Positions 47,833 to 62,172 of a stretch of DNA of 64,000 nt are shown here, piece by piece. Position numbers and translations under genes: made by a program. The notes beneath the pieces were generated by a model. It searched no databases. It was not told the DNA's origin and was given only the letters and a program-made list of their open reading frames with translations. Positions within the stretch are counted from its first letter, which is position 1, and each line of letters begins with the position of its first letter. The DNA comes from Felis catus (lineage: Eukaryota): the NCBI RefSeq assembly GCF_018350175.1, contig NC_058369.1, positions 21,578,001-21,642,000 on the forward strand, in the 5' to 3' direction.

Positions 47833-49269
47833 CCTTTTTTTATTGAGCTACAGCTTATATACAATAACTGTTAGCATACTGGTGTGAATCTATAAAATGT
47901 TAACAAGGACATTTAATATGTTTGTTTGATGCCTCTTATAGTAACAGGGCAGCTTAATCTCCCTGATGCACAAAAGCCTCACAGTTACCAGGCCAGGCTC
48001 ACCAGCCAAAAGCATGGTGCTGCCTCTAGGCCCCCAACTTGGTCCCTGCCTGTCAGCACTGGGTAGATTTGGGAGGAAAGAGATTTCTGCATATTATAGA
48101 CATAATCCGGGAAAATGCCAATGGACCTTGCTTTACCCAACGGCTTTGTACAAAATGAAGTGTGGTCAATTGAATCCTAATTTTCTCATTACTTACTACG
48201 TAATTCCTGAGATGTGTGATCTTCATTCGTGCTGGGTCTTGCTCCTGAGGCCTCCAATTTCCATTCTCCACTGTCTTCATCCAGTCAGGTCTGGAGTACA
48301 AAACCTGGGGCAGTCACTTCACTTCCTGATATCAATTACTTTATCCTTAAAATTTGGCTGGTAGCACCCGGGCTGTTGAAAGCCGAGCACTGCACCCAAT
48401 GATGTCTTCAGCTCTGAGATTCGGGGTTTGAGCTGTGAACACACTTGTGACCATTTAAGAGAAGGACTTTGCTAGCATGTTTCCAAGCAGCAGAGCCAGA
48501 CTAAAGCACTCATCCATCCCTCCTCTCGTTGATGCCTGCTGTGTGCCTGTGCAGGCTGAGCTGATGCTCACAGACAGGACTGTGACATGCCCTGCACCCA
48601 GAGGTGTTCCCAGCTGGGTGAAGCTCTCCCTAGGGCTGGTTCCATGACAGAGGAGCATAGAAAAAGCCTCTCTCCAAGGGAGGAGGCCTGATTTCCTCTC
48701 CTGAGAAGGAAGCAGGAAATCTCAGTTGTAACCCAGCTCTGCTTATTACTGTAGGGGCACAATCCCTTCTTTCTCAGGGCCTTCCCTTCCTCTGTGCAGG
48801 GGGGTGGGGTGGGTGGGCAGGCTGAAGAGAGGCTTTACAGACCTTCTCAGTGCCCTTGTGCTGGGTCATGTAATAGATCCAATATGGTGCCAGGGGAAGA
48901 AGGGCTGCTAGGGACAGGCAGCCTTGGGCGCAGGCTGTCTTCAAACAGCAAAGTCTTATCTGCCCTTTGTCACAGGACCCCAGAAACCAGAGGATTCCAC
49001 GAGACCATGTACCTAAAGGTTTTTGTGTGGTGCTTGATTTTTAGTTGGTGCTCACCAAATGTGAGTTCCCTTCTCCCTCCCAGAGGGTGTAGCCCTCACC
49101 TGCCCACATCAGCCAGACCCCTCTAATGCAGCAGGATTCTGGGTCCCTGGAGGCGGTCTGCCACTTCTAACAGCCAGGTTCATCTCCAGATGGGGCCAGG
49201 CAGTGGGCTCTTTGAGGCACCTGAGGGTTTGGAGCAGAAGGACTTCCAAGGATGAGAAACTGAAATTTG

Positions 49270-49810
49270 CATACATTGCTATTGGCAGTTTCTTACAAAG
49301 GTCAACGTAGACTTACCCTGTGATCCAGTTTCCCCACTCATAGGTGAAGAAATAAAACCACAGAAATAAAAACACGTCCACACACAGACTTGCACAAGAA
49401 CATTCACGGCACTTTTATTCGTGATAGATAAAAACTGGAAACAACCCAATTGCCCACCAACAGAAGAAAAGATACCCAAATTGTGGTACACTCATACAAT
49501 GGAACACTACCCAGTGATAAAATGGGATGAATGGATGTTACACGTGACAGCAAGGATAAATCTAAAACACATTATACTGAGCAAAAGAAGACAGACCCAG
49601 GGCGCCTGGGTGGCTCAGTCGGTTAAGCAGCCGACTTTGTTCGGCTCAGGTCATGATCTCACGGTTGGTGGGTTGGAGCCTCACGTCGCGCTCTGTGCTG
49701 ACAGCTCAGAGCCTGGAGCCTGCTTCGGATTCTCCCTGCTTCTGTGTCTCCCTCTCTCTCTGCCCCTCCCCAGTTCGCACTCTGTCTCTCTCAAAAATAA
49801 AATAAAAAAT

Positions 49811-49843
<33 letters not shown>

Positions 49844-50110
49844 GAAGACAGACCCAAAAACGAACATACCATATGAGTACATTTACTTGGTGTTCTAGGA
49901 CATCAAGACCAATCTCTGATGATAGAGGTCAGAATAGTGGTTCCTTCTGGGGTAGGATATACTGACTGGGAAGGGACACAAGTTAATTTTCTGGAATGAC
50001 GAATCTTGCTTAGGGTCACAATTACACAGGTGTCCATCTGTATAAATGCCGTCAAATTGCACAGTTATGATCAGTGCACTTTACCGAATGTAAGTTATTC
50101 TTCAATAGGA
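49270..50110 (+). mobile_element. Old L1M 3' fragment containing a Can-SINE (49600-49840) with (AAT)n tail
   Basis: Translates NWKQPNCP...KLWYTHTMEHY (L1 ORF2 end); SINE TSD aaagaagacagaccca. Confidence 0.85.
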
Positions 50111-52759
50111 AAAATTAGCCTCCAGGGTGTGCCCTTGGGAAGGGGCAGCTTTGGGGGAAAGTGGGTGGTGGCTTGTGCCTGCACACTAGTGCCCTCTCCG
50201 TCCACCCCATCCTGCAGGACCCTGGCTGGGAACTCATCCTCCTTGCTCGGGTATCAGTCACAACTGAATGTCTAGCCCACTGGCTGGGGAAGGAGCTCAG
50301 AAACACGTATGGAGGGTTTACAGCACGGAGACTCTTACCACTGGCCAGCAGATCACAGCCTGATAGTCTATCTCCTGCCCTCAAGTGAGCTGGACCACCT
50401 TTTGCCGCTGGATCCCAGGGCTTTTCTGAGGCCCTTGGATGGCGTGGTTGGGGTGGATCATGAGGGCCAGTGAAAGCCAACTTTGCCGGGAGGTGGTGCT
50501 CAGCACAACCCTTTCCTGAGGGCCCGCCCTGGTGTAGGAGACAACAGGGCTTGCCGCTAACAGACCTCAGCAACTGCATCCAAAATGGAGTGACCTGTCT
50601 CTGTTGTTGTTGTTGTTGTTTCCTGCCGTGTTTCTCCCCAAGCTCAACCTGTCCCTTCCTCCCTCCACTCATGCACCAGCCTTCCTCAGACTGCCTCCTA
50701 CCTGCTGCCTTCTGAGCGCTGGTTCTGCAGGAGAAATGATCCCCAGGGACCCACACCTACACCTGTGCCAAGACATGGTTGTCCTCACGTGGACACAGAC
50801 CACACACACACACACACACACACATCCCAGGAGGACCCACAGCAACAGGCATGGACTTACAGATGTGCACAGGGGCTGCAGACATGGCCCTACTAACAAC
50901 CGGCACCGGGATAGCAGTCACCATGGATTGGGCATCAATCTACTAAATCCAGGGCAATTTCAGTCGAGCAATCGCTTGTGGCCCGTGTCGTATGTATGCA
51001 GCACCGTGCTGGGTGGTCTGTCCCCGTGCCAGCTCAGCCAGTCCTCACCACGGCCCTGTGAGGTAGGCAGTAGCCTGCCCCTTTACAGACTGTAAAGCAG
51101 AAGCTCAGAGAACAATCACTTGCCTGTGAACCATCTACTCAGACACTCTCCAACATGGCCTCCAAATTGCCTCAGTCAGGCAGAAGGCCCATCCTGCCAT
51201 CCCCCTTGGTCACCCCCTCGCATGCGGAGCCTTCTTTGGTCAAAGGGAAGTGAGTTGGGACCTCCTAAGAACAGGCTTTTCCATCACACTGGGGTTCCAT
51301 CCCAACTCTATTTCCCTGGAGCCCTTGGTAGCTAGCCAGAAATCTCCAGTGCTCTTTGTGGGAGGGCATGGGAGAGGGATGGTGAGCTCTAGGAGGAAGT
51401 ACAGAAACGTTTGACACAGGTCCAGGACACTTGAGCCTCTCCCAGCACCTAATCCACATGGAGTTCCCAGGACCTGGGCCCAAACTTCCAGCTGCCCAAA
51501 GCCTCTCAACCTCCTGTCCCAGGTGCCCCTTCACCCCATTTTCTGGAGGCAGAAAGTAAAGCCAGATATAATGAGATTACTCATCCAGAGGCAGAGGTCC
51601 AGGAAAGGTTGACCTTTTCCAAGTGGGTCACTTTTAGGCCCAGGCAAGGACCATGCCAGGCGCATCTTCAGCCAGCCCTGCTGTCAGATGTCAGGGAGAA
51701 CCTGGGGCCAGGGTGTAGTCTAGGTCCAGCCTGGAGGAGAGGGCCCCTCCAGCAGCTGACCCCAGTCTCCAGGGTCTCCCGGGCTCAGGGAAGGAGCCGA
51801 GGTCAGGGGCTGGCAGGCTGTGCTTCCTGAGACGCCTTACCAGACAGCTCCTGCCTCAGTAGACACAAAGACCTTTGGGACCAGGTGCCTCCCACCTCTG
51901 TAATCTGGGCATGACCCATGGGGTTGGGCAGAGGTCAGGCCCTAGGGCGATCTCCTCCTGCCCCTCCACGTGAGCTGAGTGTGAACCTCCTTGGTTTGGT
52001 AATTCAGATAAGAGGGCAGGATAGGCTACAGGTCCCAGGGAGATTCTCAGATGGGCCAGGGAGGGGGGAGGCTAATAGAAATGAGTAACACCTGGCTTCC
52101 CTCCCTGAGAAGAGCACCGTCAATGGGAAGACCAGTTGGGCCCCAAATCATGGTAGCTCTGGATCAAGGGCAGGGGGTGGGCCTCAGGAGAGGGAGAAAA
52201 GTGGGAGGGGTCCTGGAGTTGGGTGGGGTGAAGGCGCCAGGTCTCCACCAACGGAGGGGGGATGGAAATCTAGTGGGGTTAGACTAAGAAATTGTGAGAG
52301 GCCTGGGGAGGTCAGGGACAGAGAATGAGAACCGCACAGACAAGATCTGGAGGTGGGGACGTGGGCAGGTGCAGGGAACGGTGAGCGGTGCCCCTGGCTG
52401 GAGTGCAGGAGATAAGACCAGAAATGGTTTGGGGGGGTTGATCACAAAGCCCTTGATGCTGGGATGGTAATGATACTGACGCTGACAGTACCAAGGGCTC
52501 ATTCCTACTGTGATCTTCCTACCGCAGCCGCCAGAGGCAGGGACTGGCATTAGCCCTATTGACAGCTGTGAACCCTGAGGCTCAGAGAGGGCCACTCCAG
52601 GAACGATCTGTGGAGGCCCTGGCTTTCAGTCCCTGAGCTCCCCTGACAGGCTGCAGGCGTGTACTGCACTCTGTGGATACAGCCAGGAATTTCTGCAAGG
52701 AAGAGACAATGTCAGGCATGCATTTTAGAAAGCAATATATGTCTGTGTGACAAGTGACA

Positions 52760-54440
52760 CCATAAACAAAGTTATAATGTGAGTGAAAGGCTGGAGAAAA
52801 TACCTGCCATATGTGTAACAAAGGATTAAAATTCCTAATGCATAGTGCTACAAATCAATAAGAAAAAAATAAACACATAGTGGGGAATGGACCAAGGATA
52901 TGAACAGACTCTTGGGGTGCCTGGGTGGCTCAGTCAGTTAAGCATCTGACTCTTGGTTTCAGCTCAGGTGATGATCTCCCGGTTTCTGAGTTCGAGCCCC
53001 GCAACTGGCTTCGTGCTGACAGTAGGGAGCCTGGTTGGGTTTCTCTGTCTCCCTCTCTCTCTGCCCCTCCCCCACTTGGGCGCGTGCACGCTCTCTCTCT
53101 CTCTCTTACAGATAAAAAAATAAAACTTAAAAAATTTTAAACAGACTCTTTATAGAAGAGGAAATAAAAGTGATCACTGAATTAGAAAAGACGAGTCAGC
53201 AAAATGAAAAGGCAACCTAGAGGGGCACCTGGGTGGCTCAGTTGGTTGAGCATCTGACTCTTGATTTGGGCTCAGGTTCATGGTTCATGGGATCGAGCTC
53301 CGGGTCAGGTTCTGTGCTGACAGTGCAGAGCCTGCTTGGAATTCTCTCTCTCTGTCTCTGCCCCTCCCCTGCTCACGCTCTCTGTCTCTCTCTCAAAATA
53401 AATAAATAAACATTAAAAAAAAAAAAAACTTAAAAAGAAGAGACAACCTACAGAATGGGAGAAAATGTTTGCAAACCTTGTATCTGACAAGGGGTTAATA
53501 TCCAAAATATAGAAGGAACTTGGACACCTCAAAATCAAAAACAAAAATAGATTGCTTGATTAAGAAATGGGCAAAGGAACTGAATAAACTTTTTTCCAGA
53601 CAAGACACACAGATGACAAACAGCCAACAGTTATATGCAAGAGTGCTCACCATCACTAATCAAAACCACAATGAGATATCACCTCTCACCTATTAGGATG
53701 GCTATTATTTAACAACAACAACAAGGACAAAAAGGTAAGTGTTGGTTAGCACATGGAGGAAAGAGAACCTTGGTACATTGTTGCTGGGAATGCAAAATAT
53801 GGAAAACAGTATGGAGGTTCCTCATACAATTAAAAGTAGAACTACCGTGTGACCCAGCAACACCACTTGTGCTTATTTATCCACAGGAATTGAAATCGGG
53901 ATCTTAAAGAGACATCTATACTCCAGGTTTGATGCAGCATTATTCACAATAGCCAAGACATGGAAGCAACCTAAGTGCCCATCAATGGATAAATGGATAC
54001 AGAAAATGTACACACGTATACAGGAATATTATACAGCTCTAAAAAAGAAAGAAATTCTGCCAGTGGAGACATGGATGGACCTGGAGGGCGTTATGCCAAG
54101 TGAATTAAGCCAGACACAGAAAAACAAATACTGTATGATCTCACTTATATGTGAAATCTAAAATATTCAAACTCACAGAAGCAAGGAGACTGGTTACCAG
54201 GGTCTGGGGGGAGGGCTATATCGGGAGTCATTGATCAAGGTGTACAAAGTTTCAGTTATGCAAGATGAATGGGTTCTGGAGATCTAGTGTGCAATATGGT
54301 GACTGTAGGTAACAATACCATACTGTGTACTTGAACTTTGGAAGAAAGTGGATCCTAAGTTCTCACCATATGCACACAAAAAAGGTAACTACGTGAAGTG
54401 ATGGATGTATTGATTATCTTGATTATCACAATGCATATGC
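52760..54440 (+). mobile_element. L1 fragments (ORF2 3' part and 3' UTR) interrupted by Can-SINEs at 52914-53138 and 53222-53430
   Basis: cagaatgggagaaaatgtttgcaa, aatgagatatcacctc and ggaaaacagtatggaggttcctca motifs; SINE TSD aacagactctt. Confidence 0.9.
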
Positions 54441-54448
54441 ATTTTTCC

Positions 54449-54663
54449 TTTTTTTTTTTCTTTTTTTTTTCTTTTTTTTTTTCTTTTTTTTTTTTAGGGA
54501 GAGAGAAAGAGCGTCCAGGGGAGCGGCAGAGAGAGAATCCCAAGCAGGCTCTGCCCTGTCAGCACAGAGCCCGATGTGGGGCTCAGTCTCACGACTGTGA
54601 GGTCATGACCTGAGCAGAAATCAAGAGTCGGATGCTTAACCGACTGAGCCACCCAGGCGCCCT
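54449..54663 (-). mobile_element. Can-SINE
   Basis: Reverse-complement SINEC with long poly-T. Confidence 0.9.
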
Positions 54664-56352
54664 GTGTATTACATTTTTAAAATGAGGATGTGTTCATGTA
54701 TTTTTTTATATAATAAAAACTAAATAATTACTTTTAGAAGTTAAAATAATTTTTTTTGAAAGCTGAAAATAAGGAAGAAAAAGAAAAAACTGAAGCTGAG
54801 GAGACCCATGAAGAAGCTACTGGCAAAAGGGTGGTGAAGACTGAGCCAGGGTATCCTCGTCTGTGGGCCCTGAAGCTGCTGAGAGGACCCTTGCACTAAT
54901 GGGGGTGCACTCTGCAGTCTGAAGGGTTTATTCTCCAGATACTTGGCTGGAGGGCAAGGTTCCTCTCTGCCCTTGTTTGTACTGCCAGTAGAGTTACCCT
55001 CCCAGGCCTGCCTGATGCTCATGGTTTTAACACACCAGGGACCAGTCTGGGCTGTAGAGAAAGATCTGGTTTCAGGGCTACCTCCCCATCGGACCCCAGC
55101 CCTTGACAGGGCCCTGAACTCCAACCCAACAGCCAAGCTGGGGTCTCCATTCCAATCAACCTCATGAGCCCTTTATGGACCACAACACAACAACAGCTCC
55201 ACGAACAGGCCCCCAAGCCACCCTGGATCTCCAGTGCTCCCTGGCAGTATCGGGACAGCTGGGATCAGCCTCCAACTGCCTGGGCTGTCACTAGGGATCT
55301 GATGCCCAGCTGCTCCAGGGCTTGAGGGCTTCTCCCTCTCTGTCACAGGGCAGAGGTGGGGCTGCCTGAGCCAGGAACTACTCATCCCCTGCCCTGGTCA
55401 GAGAGCTCCAAGCTTGGTTGAAGGAGCTAGGCCAAGCAGAGGGCTCAAAGCTGGTCCTTGATCTCTGTGGCTGCAGGCACGGCCTCATGAGGTCAGCGAT
55501 CTGCCATTGGTTCTCTTAATCAGCACCCACTTCCCCCTAGCACCAAGTGGGCCTAAATGAGAAGTGGTCAGAGCATGGAGAAGCTTCTGGCCCAGGGGAG
55601 TGGAGGGGGAGCATCCTCATGGAGCATGTGCCCCAGAGGCAGTGCTCCTTGGCCTCGCTGTTGGCCAGGTCCAGATGAGGGCAAGAGCAAGGCTGGGAGA
55701 GGCACCCCATTCCTGCCATAGCTACTAGGGGCCCTGTGGCATGCAGACACATACTCATGTCAGGAGGGTTATAGGAGGGTGTGTGATCGAAACCGTGTGG
55801 TGGCTCGAACAGAGGCTCTGCCGTTACCCTGCCTGGGCTGGAACCTGGGTACCACCCTTGCTCAGGCAAATGAAAACTCTGAGCCTCAGTTTCCTCATCT
55901 GCAAAAGCAGGGTAATTCTAACAGCACTGACACAGGGAGTTACCGTGTGGCTGCCTGGCTCATGGTCAGCTCCCAGGAAATGTCTACCCCAACCCAAATG
56001 TCAGGATGCAGTCAGGTGAATCCTTCCCTGCCTCTGTTTCCTTAATGTACCCAGAGGAGGCTGGAGGGCCTTTTCTAATTGCTCCTCGCCTGCTGATGTT
56101 CTAAGAAGAGGAGACTGGGCAGTCTCAGGAACGGACACCCCCACCCCAGAAGTGAAAGTCTAAAGGCACAGGGCGGTTTTGTGGGGTCTCGGGCCCCAGG
56201 CGGACTTCTGGCCAGCATCCCAGGCTCCCCTGGAGCCTAAGAGCGTCCCTGTAGCATAAGGCATCAGCATCCAGGGGCCCGCAGCGCCATTGTTTCCCTT
56301 CAGCCCGGCTCACCTGCTCGCTAGCCTTCTGGAGGAAACACATGGGAAGGTT

Positions 56353-56369
56353 CTGCCCTCTAGTGGCCA
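56353..56369 (-). promoter_or_regulatory. CTCF motif
   Basis: Minus strand TGGCCACTAGAGGGCAG, a close match to the CTCF core CCASYAGRKGGCRS. Confidence 0.65.
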
Positions 56370-59300
56370 CTGGTGGCCGGACCTCTCCCCAGCTCCTGGG
56401 CCTCATAGGAGCCCACTTCCCCCTCTGCCTTCTCTAGTGCCTATTTGCTGCACAGGAACAAGCCCATTTCATAGAGATGGAAACTGAGCTGGTCCCTAGA
56501 GCCAGCACCCAGGAATCTTCATCTATGGGCTCCTTCGAGCCCTGAGAGCCCTGCTTCCAGATATGAGCCCCCTAGCCCGAGGCCCTGAATGGTCCTAGGG
56601 TGACAGGGTCTGAGTCTGCTATGAGGGATGCCTGCCTGTGCCCAGCATGAGGGCACTCACAGATGGTCAACACAAGCACTCCAGGGGGGTAGGAGAGCCT
56701 TAGCTCTGGAATGGGGAATGTGTCTTGCCCAGGCTGGCGTGGGGTCTTCCCTGACTGTAGCCTCTGTCATCAGGCTGTGACCAGTGCCTGTAGCAGGGGA
56801 AGTATCACTGGAGTTGAGAACTTAGCCTAGAGCTTGACACAAAATGTGCTTTGCCTCTGGACACCCCCATCTCCGCCCCAAGAGAAAGGGGGCAAGGGAC
56901 ATGGGGAGGAGGGGAATCTAAGGGGAAGTCCCACCTCTCCAGGGAGGCAAGAGTGTGTGCCTGGGCAGACAAGCAAGGCTCTTCTTGCCTTTACTGAGCC
57001 ATGGGCTGAGGCTGGGACCCCAGCTTCAGGAGACCCCCAACCCCTCCATGCCAGGCCCCGCGTCCTTCTACCCTTCGTTTCTAGAGTCTGAAACTGAGGA
57101 GTTAGTGGATCTTGCCAGGCACAAGATTCAGCACGAACAAGGGTGGGCGGGCCTGCCCATCCCTGGGGGCAGCTGGCACCATGGCTAGGAGGTGGCCGGG
57201 ACAGCCCAAGCCCCCTGGACAGAAGGACTCTGTGCACATGTGGTTCGGTATAATCTCATTTGGGTCCCACAGGAGACCCTGCAGCTCTGGGGAAGGGCCT
57301 GTTCCAGGAAGCCTCTAGGTTCTGCCAAGGACATCAGAGTGCCCCCCGCCCCTGACTTCCTGTTCCCAATTAGCACTAATTGAACAAGAGGGAGGACTCA
57401 CAGACTGTGCAGCAAAAACAGTCATGTCTGCAGGGTCCCAGGAGGCAGGCCCCACCAGGGGCCAGGTGAGCAAGGCTTTGGGGGACGGGGCCCTAGGGTC
57501 CCTGTCTCTCTGAGCGGAGATCAAATGACAAGGCCACATCTGCCAGGGACCCCAATGGTCCCTCTGGAAAGTGGGGGCTTCTCCAAGACTAGGACAGAAG
57601 CTGGGGGATGGGGGGCCTGACAAACAGCCCCCTCTCGGCCTCGTGTTTGAGGCCTTCACGCCAGCTACTCACCCCAACCTGGCCTCTCATTTCCTCTCCT
57701 CCCAGTCCTCACACATCCATGCATCCATCCACTCATTCATTCACGCATTAAGTGTTCGTTGAGCCCCTCCTATGGCCAGGCCCTGCAACCACAAAAATGA
57801 CATGTAGCCATCAGCAGGGCCTTCGAGGCCAGCTGAGGGTCAGGACCTCATCCTAAGGGCACTGGATGGTCAGAGGCCGACCAGTGATAAGGTGGGCCTC
57901 AGGGTAGGAAGGTTCTGGTGCTTAACTCCTCCACTGGAACAGCGCTCTCCTTCCTCTACCACTCACCCCCACCCAGGCCTGAACCCAGGTTGGCATGGAC
58001 CACATTGGCAACCCATTGGGCTGGCTCCATTTTGTTCTTGGTGGGAAGAAAAAAGCCAGGCTGGCAGCATGGTGTGCTTGTTACGGGAAGGATCAGCCCC
58101 ATTATCCTCCTCCGTGCGGCTGTGGTTGGCACTCTCTGGGTGAGGCTGCTGTTCCCTTGATCATTCAGACTGGACACAGGGGATGTGCCATCAGTGAGCA
58201 GGCCTGTGGGTGCAAGCCCTGGCAGGAAGGCCCAGGCCGGGGGGTCGGGAGGAGCAAGGGACTCCAAGTCCAAGGTGCTGTGTGATGGGGCTGGAACACC
58301 TACGCCTGAGCCCAGACCCCAGAGTGAGTGCCCTGAGCCGGCCAGCCCCCTTTGTGCCACACCACAAGGCTCAGGCCCTCAGTCCTGAGCTGGGGTGATG
58401 GGAAGAATGCAGGTGTGTCCAGCCTGGCCCCCATCCCCCAGCACATCCCCGCCAGGGAGACAGAGACTTCGCTCTGCTCCCCTCCCTTCCCCACCTTAGA
58501 GATCAACCAGTCCCGGGCAATTTGGTGTTGCCATGACAACCACACACCTTCTTTTCTACTTAGCAGATTGAATCTGAGTTGCAGATTAAATCCTAGTGAG
58601 TTGTCTGTTTCGAAAGCATGTGGCTGCTTGGAGAGATCTATGCATCTTCAATTTCCCAAGTGCCTCTGACACCCACTCCTTGTTTCCCGATGGCTGAAGC
58701 AGGGGAGATGTGCCGAGCACTGCTTCCTGTGCCCCTGGGGTGGTCCTGGCCCAGTGGCAGACCCCCTGAGATCTGGCTTCCCACCTGCTCAATCACACGG
58801 ACAGCATCTGGTGTGTAGCCTCTGAGGTAAGCTGGACAGTGGCCGACAGTGGCCCCAGACAATGGGTTTCTGGCAAGAGCTCTGGACTCAGGAGGCTCTC
58901 TCTGTCCCCGTCAGGGATGTGTGCTGCTTTTAGGGACTTGGAAAGCCACGGCTGGGAGTTGCCTTTATGTGAACAACTGGACGAGTGGGCCCGCGGGCCC
59001 CCAGAATGACCTTAACCTCCACGCTTTCCACAGAGCTGACCTTAGCCACTCCGCCCAGCAAAGGTGGGGAGTGGGTCAGAGATCAGGCCCCGGATGAGGG
59101 AGACCTGGGGGGTGGGAAAGAATGGCCCTGTCTGGGATGAGGAGGGCACTGGTGGCCCTGGGAGGCATGCAGGGCGGTTGGGTGGCGGCATCACGTGCAC
59201 GGATGGGTCCTTCTCTCCAGAGGGCTTGAGCTGTCAGTGGTTACCTCCTACCCTGGGTGCCAGCTGCCCCCAGGGCTGGGAAGGCCCACCTTGTTCATGC

Positions 59301-60157
59301 TGAATCCCTGGCCCCTGTTATAGAGCCACGACTCTTCACGGTTTCAGCCTGGCAGCTGGATGCGGCCTGGTTTCGTGTGTCTAAGGGAAGGTAGCCATAG
59401 GGTGGTCAGAGAAAGGAGTGGCCTAGCCTGTGGTCAAGTCTGCCTGGGGATAAGGACGGAAGGTACAGGGCAACGTCCCGGGAAGGGCCGTTCGGGATGA
59501 GCAGCGGGACCTGCCTCTGCCCTCCGCACTCAGCCCTCCGCAGGGCTGCACGTTAAACCCTCTGCGAGGTTCCACTGACAGAGCCACCACCCTGCTGGGC
59601 TGTGGCAGCTCGAGGCTGTCTTCTGGTCTAGGCCCCCAGGTCCACCTGATCCTACTACCTCTAGGCTGTCTGGCAATGTCCCCCAACTTGTCTCAGCCTC
59701 AGTATTTTCCCTCCAGGGAAGAAGGGCCCATGGGTGGGATAGTGAGGGCATGGGGCAACGTCTCTGGGGAGAACATGGAATCTACCAGACTGCAGGGCTT
59801 AGTCACATTGATAAGAGCTTTATGGTGTTTGCTCAGAGTTTTCTGATTTGGTAGGGGACAGCATAAAACACACACACACAGAAAGAAGCAGCAAATGGAA
59901 AAAAAGAGATAATTAATAGCTTGAGGAAAAACAATGGATTCTAGCAAAAGGAAATAGTGTACTACTTGGTTTAGCAGAGAACAATGTTTACATAGTTTTA
60001 GACACATAAACACTGAATATCAATTTGCCCCAGATTGTGACGTTGGGAGGATGGGAGGGAAGTGTATGGAGAAGTGGCTGTCAGAGCTCCTACTATGAGG
60101 CCCCATACTATGGAGGCTATATTCTAAAGGGGGAAAATCAAGAAATAGCAACATAGA

Positions 60158-60345
60158 GGGTGCCTGGGTGGCTCAGTCTGTTAAACGTCCAACTTTGGCT
60201 GAGGTCATGATCTCACGGTTTGTGAATTCGAGCCCCACACTGGGCTTTCTGCTATCAGTGCAGAGCCTGCTTTGGATCCTCTGTGCGCCTCTCTCTGCCC
60301 CTCCCCCACTCTTGCTCCCCTCCCCCCCCCTCCCCACCTTCTCTC
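60158..60345 (+). mobile_element. Can-SINE
   Basis: SINEC head and CT tract; TSD-like aatagcaayat. Confidence 0.85.
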
Positions 60346-60533
60346 TCAATAGCAATATGAGCAAATTGAGAAATAAGAAGGGAAACAGAAGAAGAAATGG
60401 CCAGCAGAACTGCAAGGAGAGGGGACCTTGGGGTGGGGGCAGAACCTGCCAGTGTGGGGCTATCAGCCTTGTAGTATTGTTCCACATTTAAAACTTTGGA
60501 CATGTATTATTTTTGACCAAAAGAAAAATTGAA

Positions 60534-60745
60534 GGGGTGCCTGGGTGGCTCAGTCAGTTAAGTGTCCGACTTCGGCTCAGGTCATGATCTCGTGGTTCAC
60601 GAATTCGAGGCCCGCGTCAGGCTCTGTGCTGACAGCTCAGAGCCTGGAGCCTGCTTCAGATTCTGTGTCTTCCTCTCTCTCTCTGCCCCTCCGCACTCCT
60701 TGCACTCTGTCTCTCAAAAATAAATAAACATTAAAAAAAAAAAAA
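60534..60745 (+). mobile_element. Can-SINE
   Basis: TSD aaaagaaaaattgaa. Confidence 0.95.
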
Positions 60746-61974
60746 AGAAAAATTGAAAATAAAAACAGATAGGGTTTAGATAGAGAGCAGGCTGAGGCCC
60801 GAGAGGGAGTAACCACCCAGGGTCGCAGAGTCAGGAGACAGCATGGTGCTCAGGTCTGTGGCCAAAGGCACGAGAGCTTGGGGTGACCTTGTCAACACCA
60901 GGGACTCAATCTATAGGCCGGGCAGCTCACCAAGCACCCACAAAGGCTGCAAAAATGGGCCACGAGCCTAAGGGGATGCATGCCATGCCTCTGGGTGGGG
61001 AGACAAAGTCCAAAGCCACTAGCCCATGGAGGGCACATCATCCCGGGGGTAAAGCGGGAGCAGCAAGCAGAGATGCCTTCCCAGACTGTTCTGCCTCCTT
61101 TCTGCTTACCGGTGGCTTTTGTCCCCAAGTCCTCCATGTAGACAGGCTGATTAGTCATCTGAAACAAAGGAGAGCTGGGGCATCAGTGACTTCCCTGACA
61201 CTTTTTGGGAAGCAATGCCTTCTGACAGACGCACACTGCCCGCAACGAGCCTGCTGCACCCTTCTGTCTGCGGCTGAGGATCCAGTGGAGGCTGAAGTCT
61301 CGGGTCCCGGTCGCTGGCTGCGGTCACCAGGGACGGCAAGGCCCGCTGCTCCTCCAGGGTTTTCCTGGCCTCGGCAGTTGTCGGTTGAATGACCGAGTGA
61401 CAGGCTGTCGTGACACCACAGTTAATGTTCACCACTGCTGGGTGCCTGGCATCATGTGTAGTCCTTTCCAGACATGGAACCCAAGTGAAAGGAGGGATTC
61501 GGCCCACTGGCCAGCAGGTCCTGAGCCCGGGGCTCTCTAGCCGGTCAGTCATGACCTTGGCTTGGCCCTGGCAGTCTTCCCTCCGTCCCAGGCTTCTGGG
61601 CCCAGATTAGTGCCGAGACAGTGACCTGCTCTGCTATAGCAAGTGGCTATCATGGCTAATCTGCAGGCAAAATGCAGAAGAAGGCCTGATACTTAGAGGT
61701 CTCCACGTCAGGATAGTCACTATCATACAATTTATAACAGCAAAAAACTGCAGGCAGCCTTAAATTGTACACCAGGAGGTGAGGAAGAGCATTGCAGACG
61801 GCAACATAAGCAGGGCAAGGTGAGTGCACCACATGCGAAGTGAAGAGACCACGGACAGGATGTTGTCTTTTTAACTGTCTACAGGGCTGCCCTGGCATAA
61901 TTTATAAATTATAATGTAATATTACAAAATATATAACATACATAACAGTATCAGGAGATAAAATCATTTAAAAT

Positions 61975-62172
61975 TATTTTTTAATTTGAGAGAGAGAGAG
62001 GGAGAGAGAGCGTGAGCAGGAGAGGGATAGAGACAGAGAGAGAGAATCCCAAGCAGGCCCCACACTGTCAGCACAGAGCCTGATGTGGGACTCGAACCCA
62101 CGAACTGTGAGATCGTGACCTGAGCCGAAATCAAGAGTCGGACACTTAACTGACTGAGCCACCCAGGTGCCC
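61975..62172 (-). mobile_element. Can-SINE
   Basis: TSD ataaaatcattt. Confidence 0.9.
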
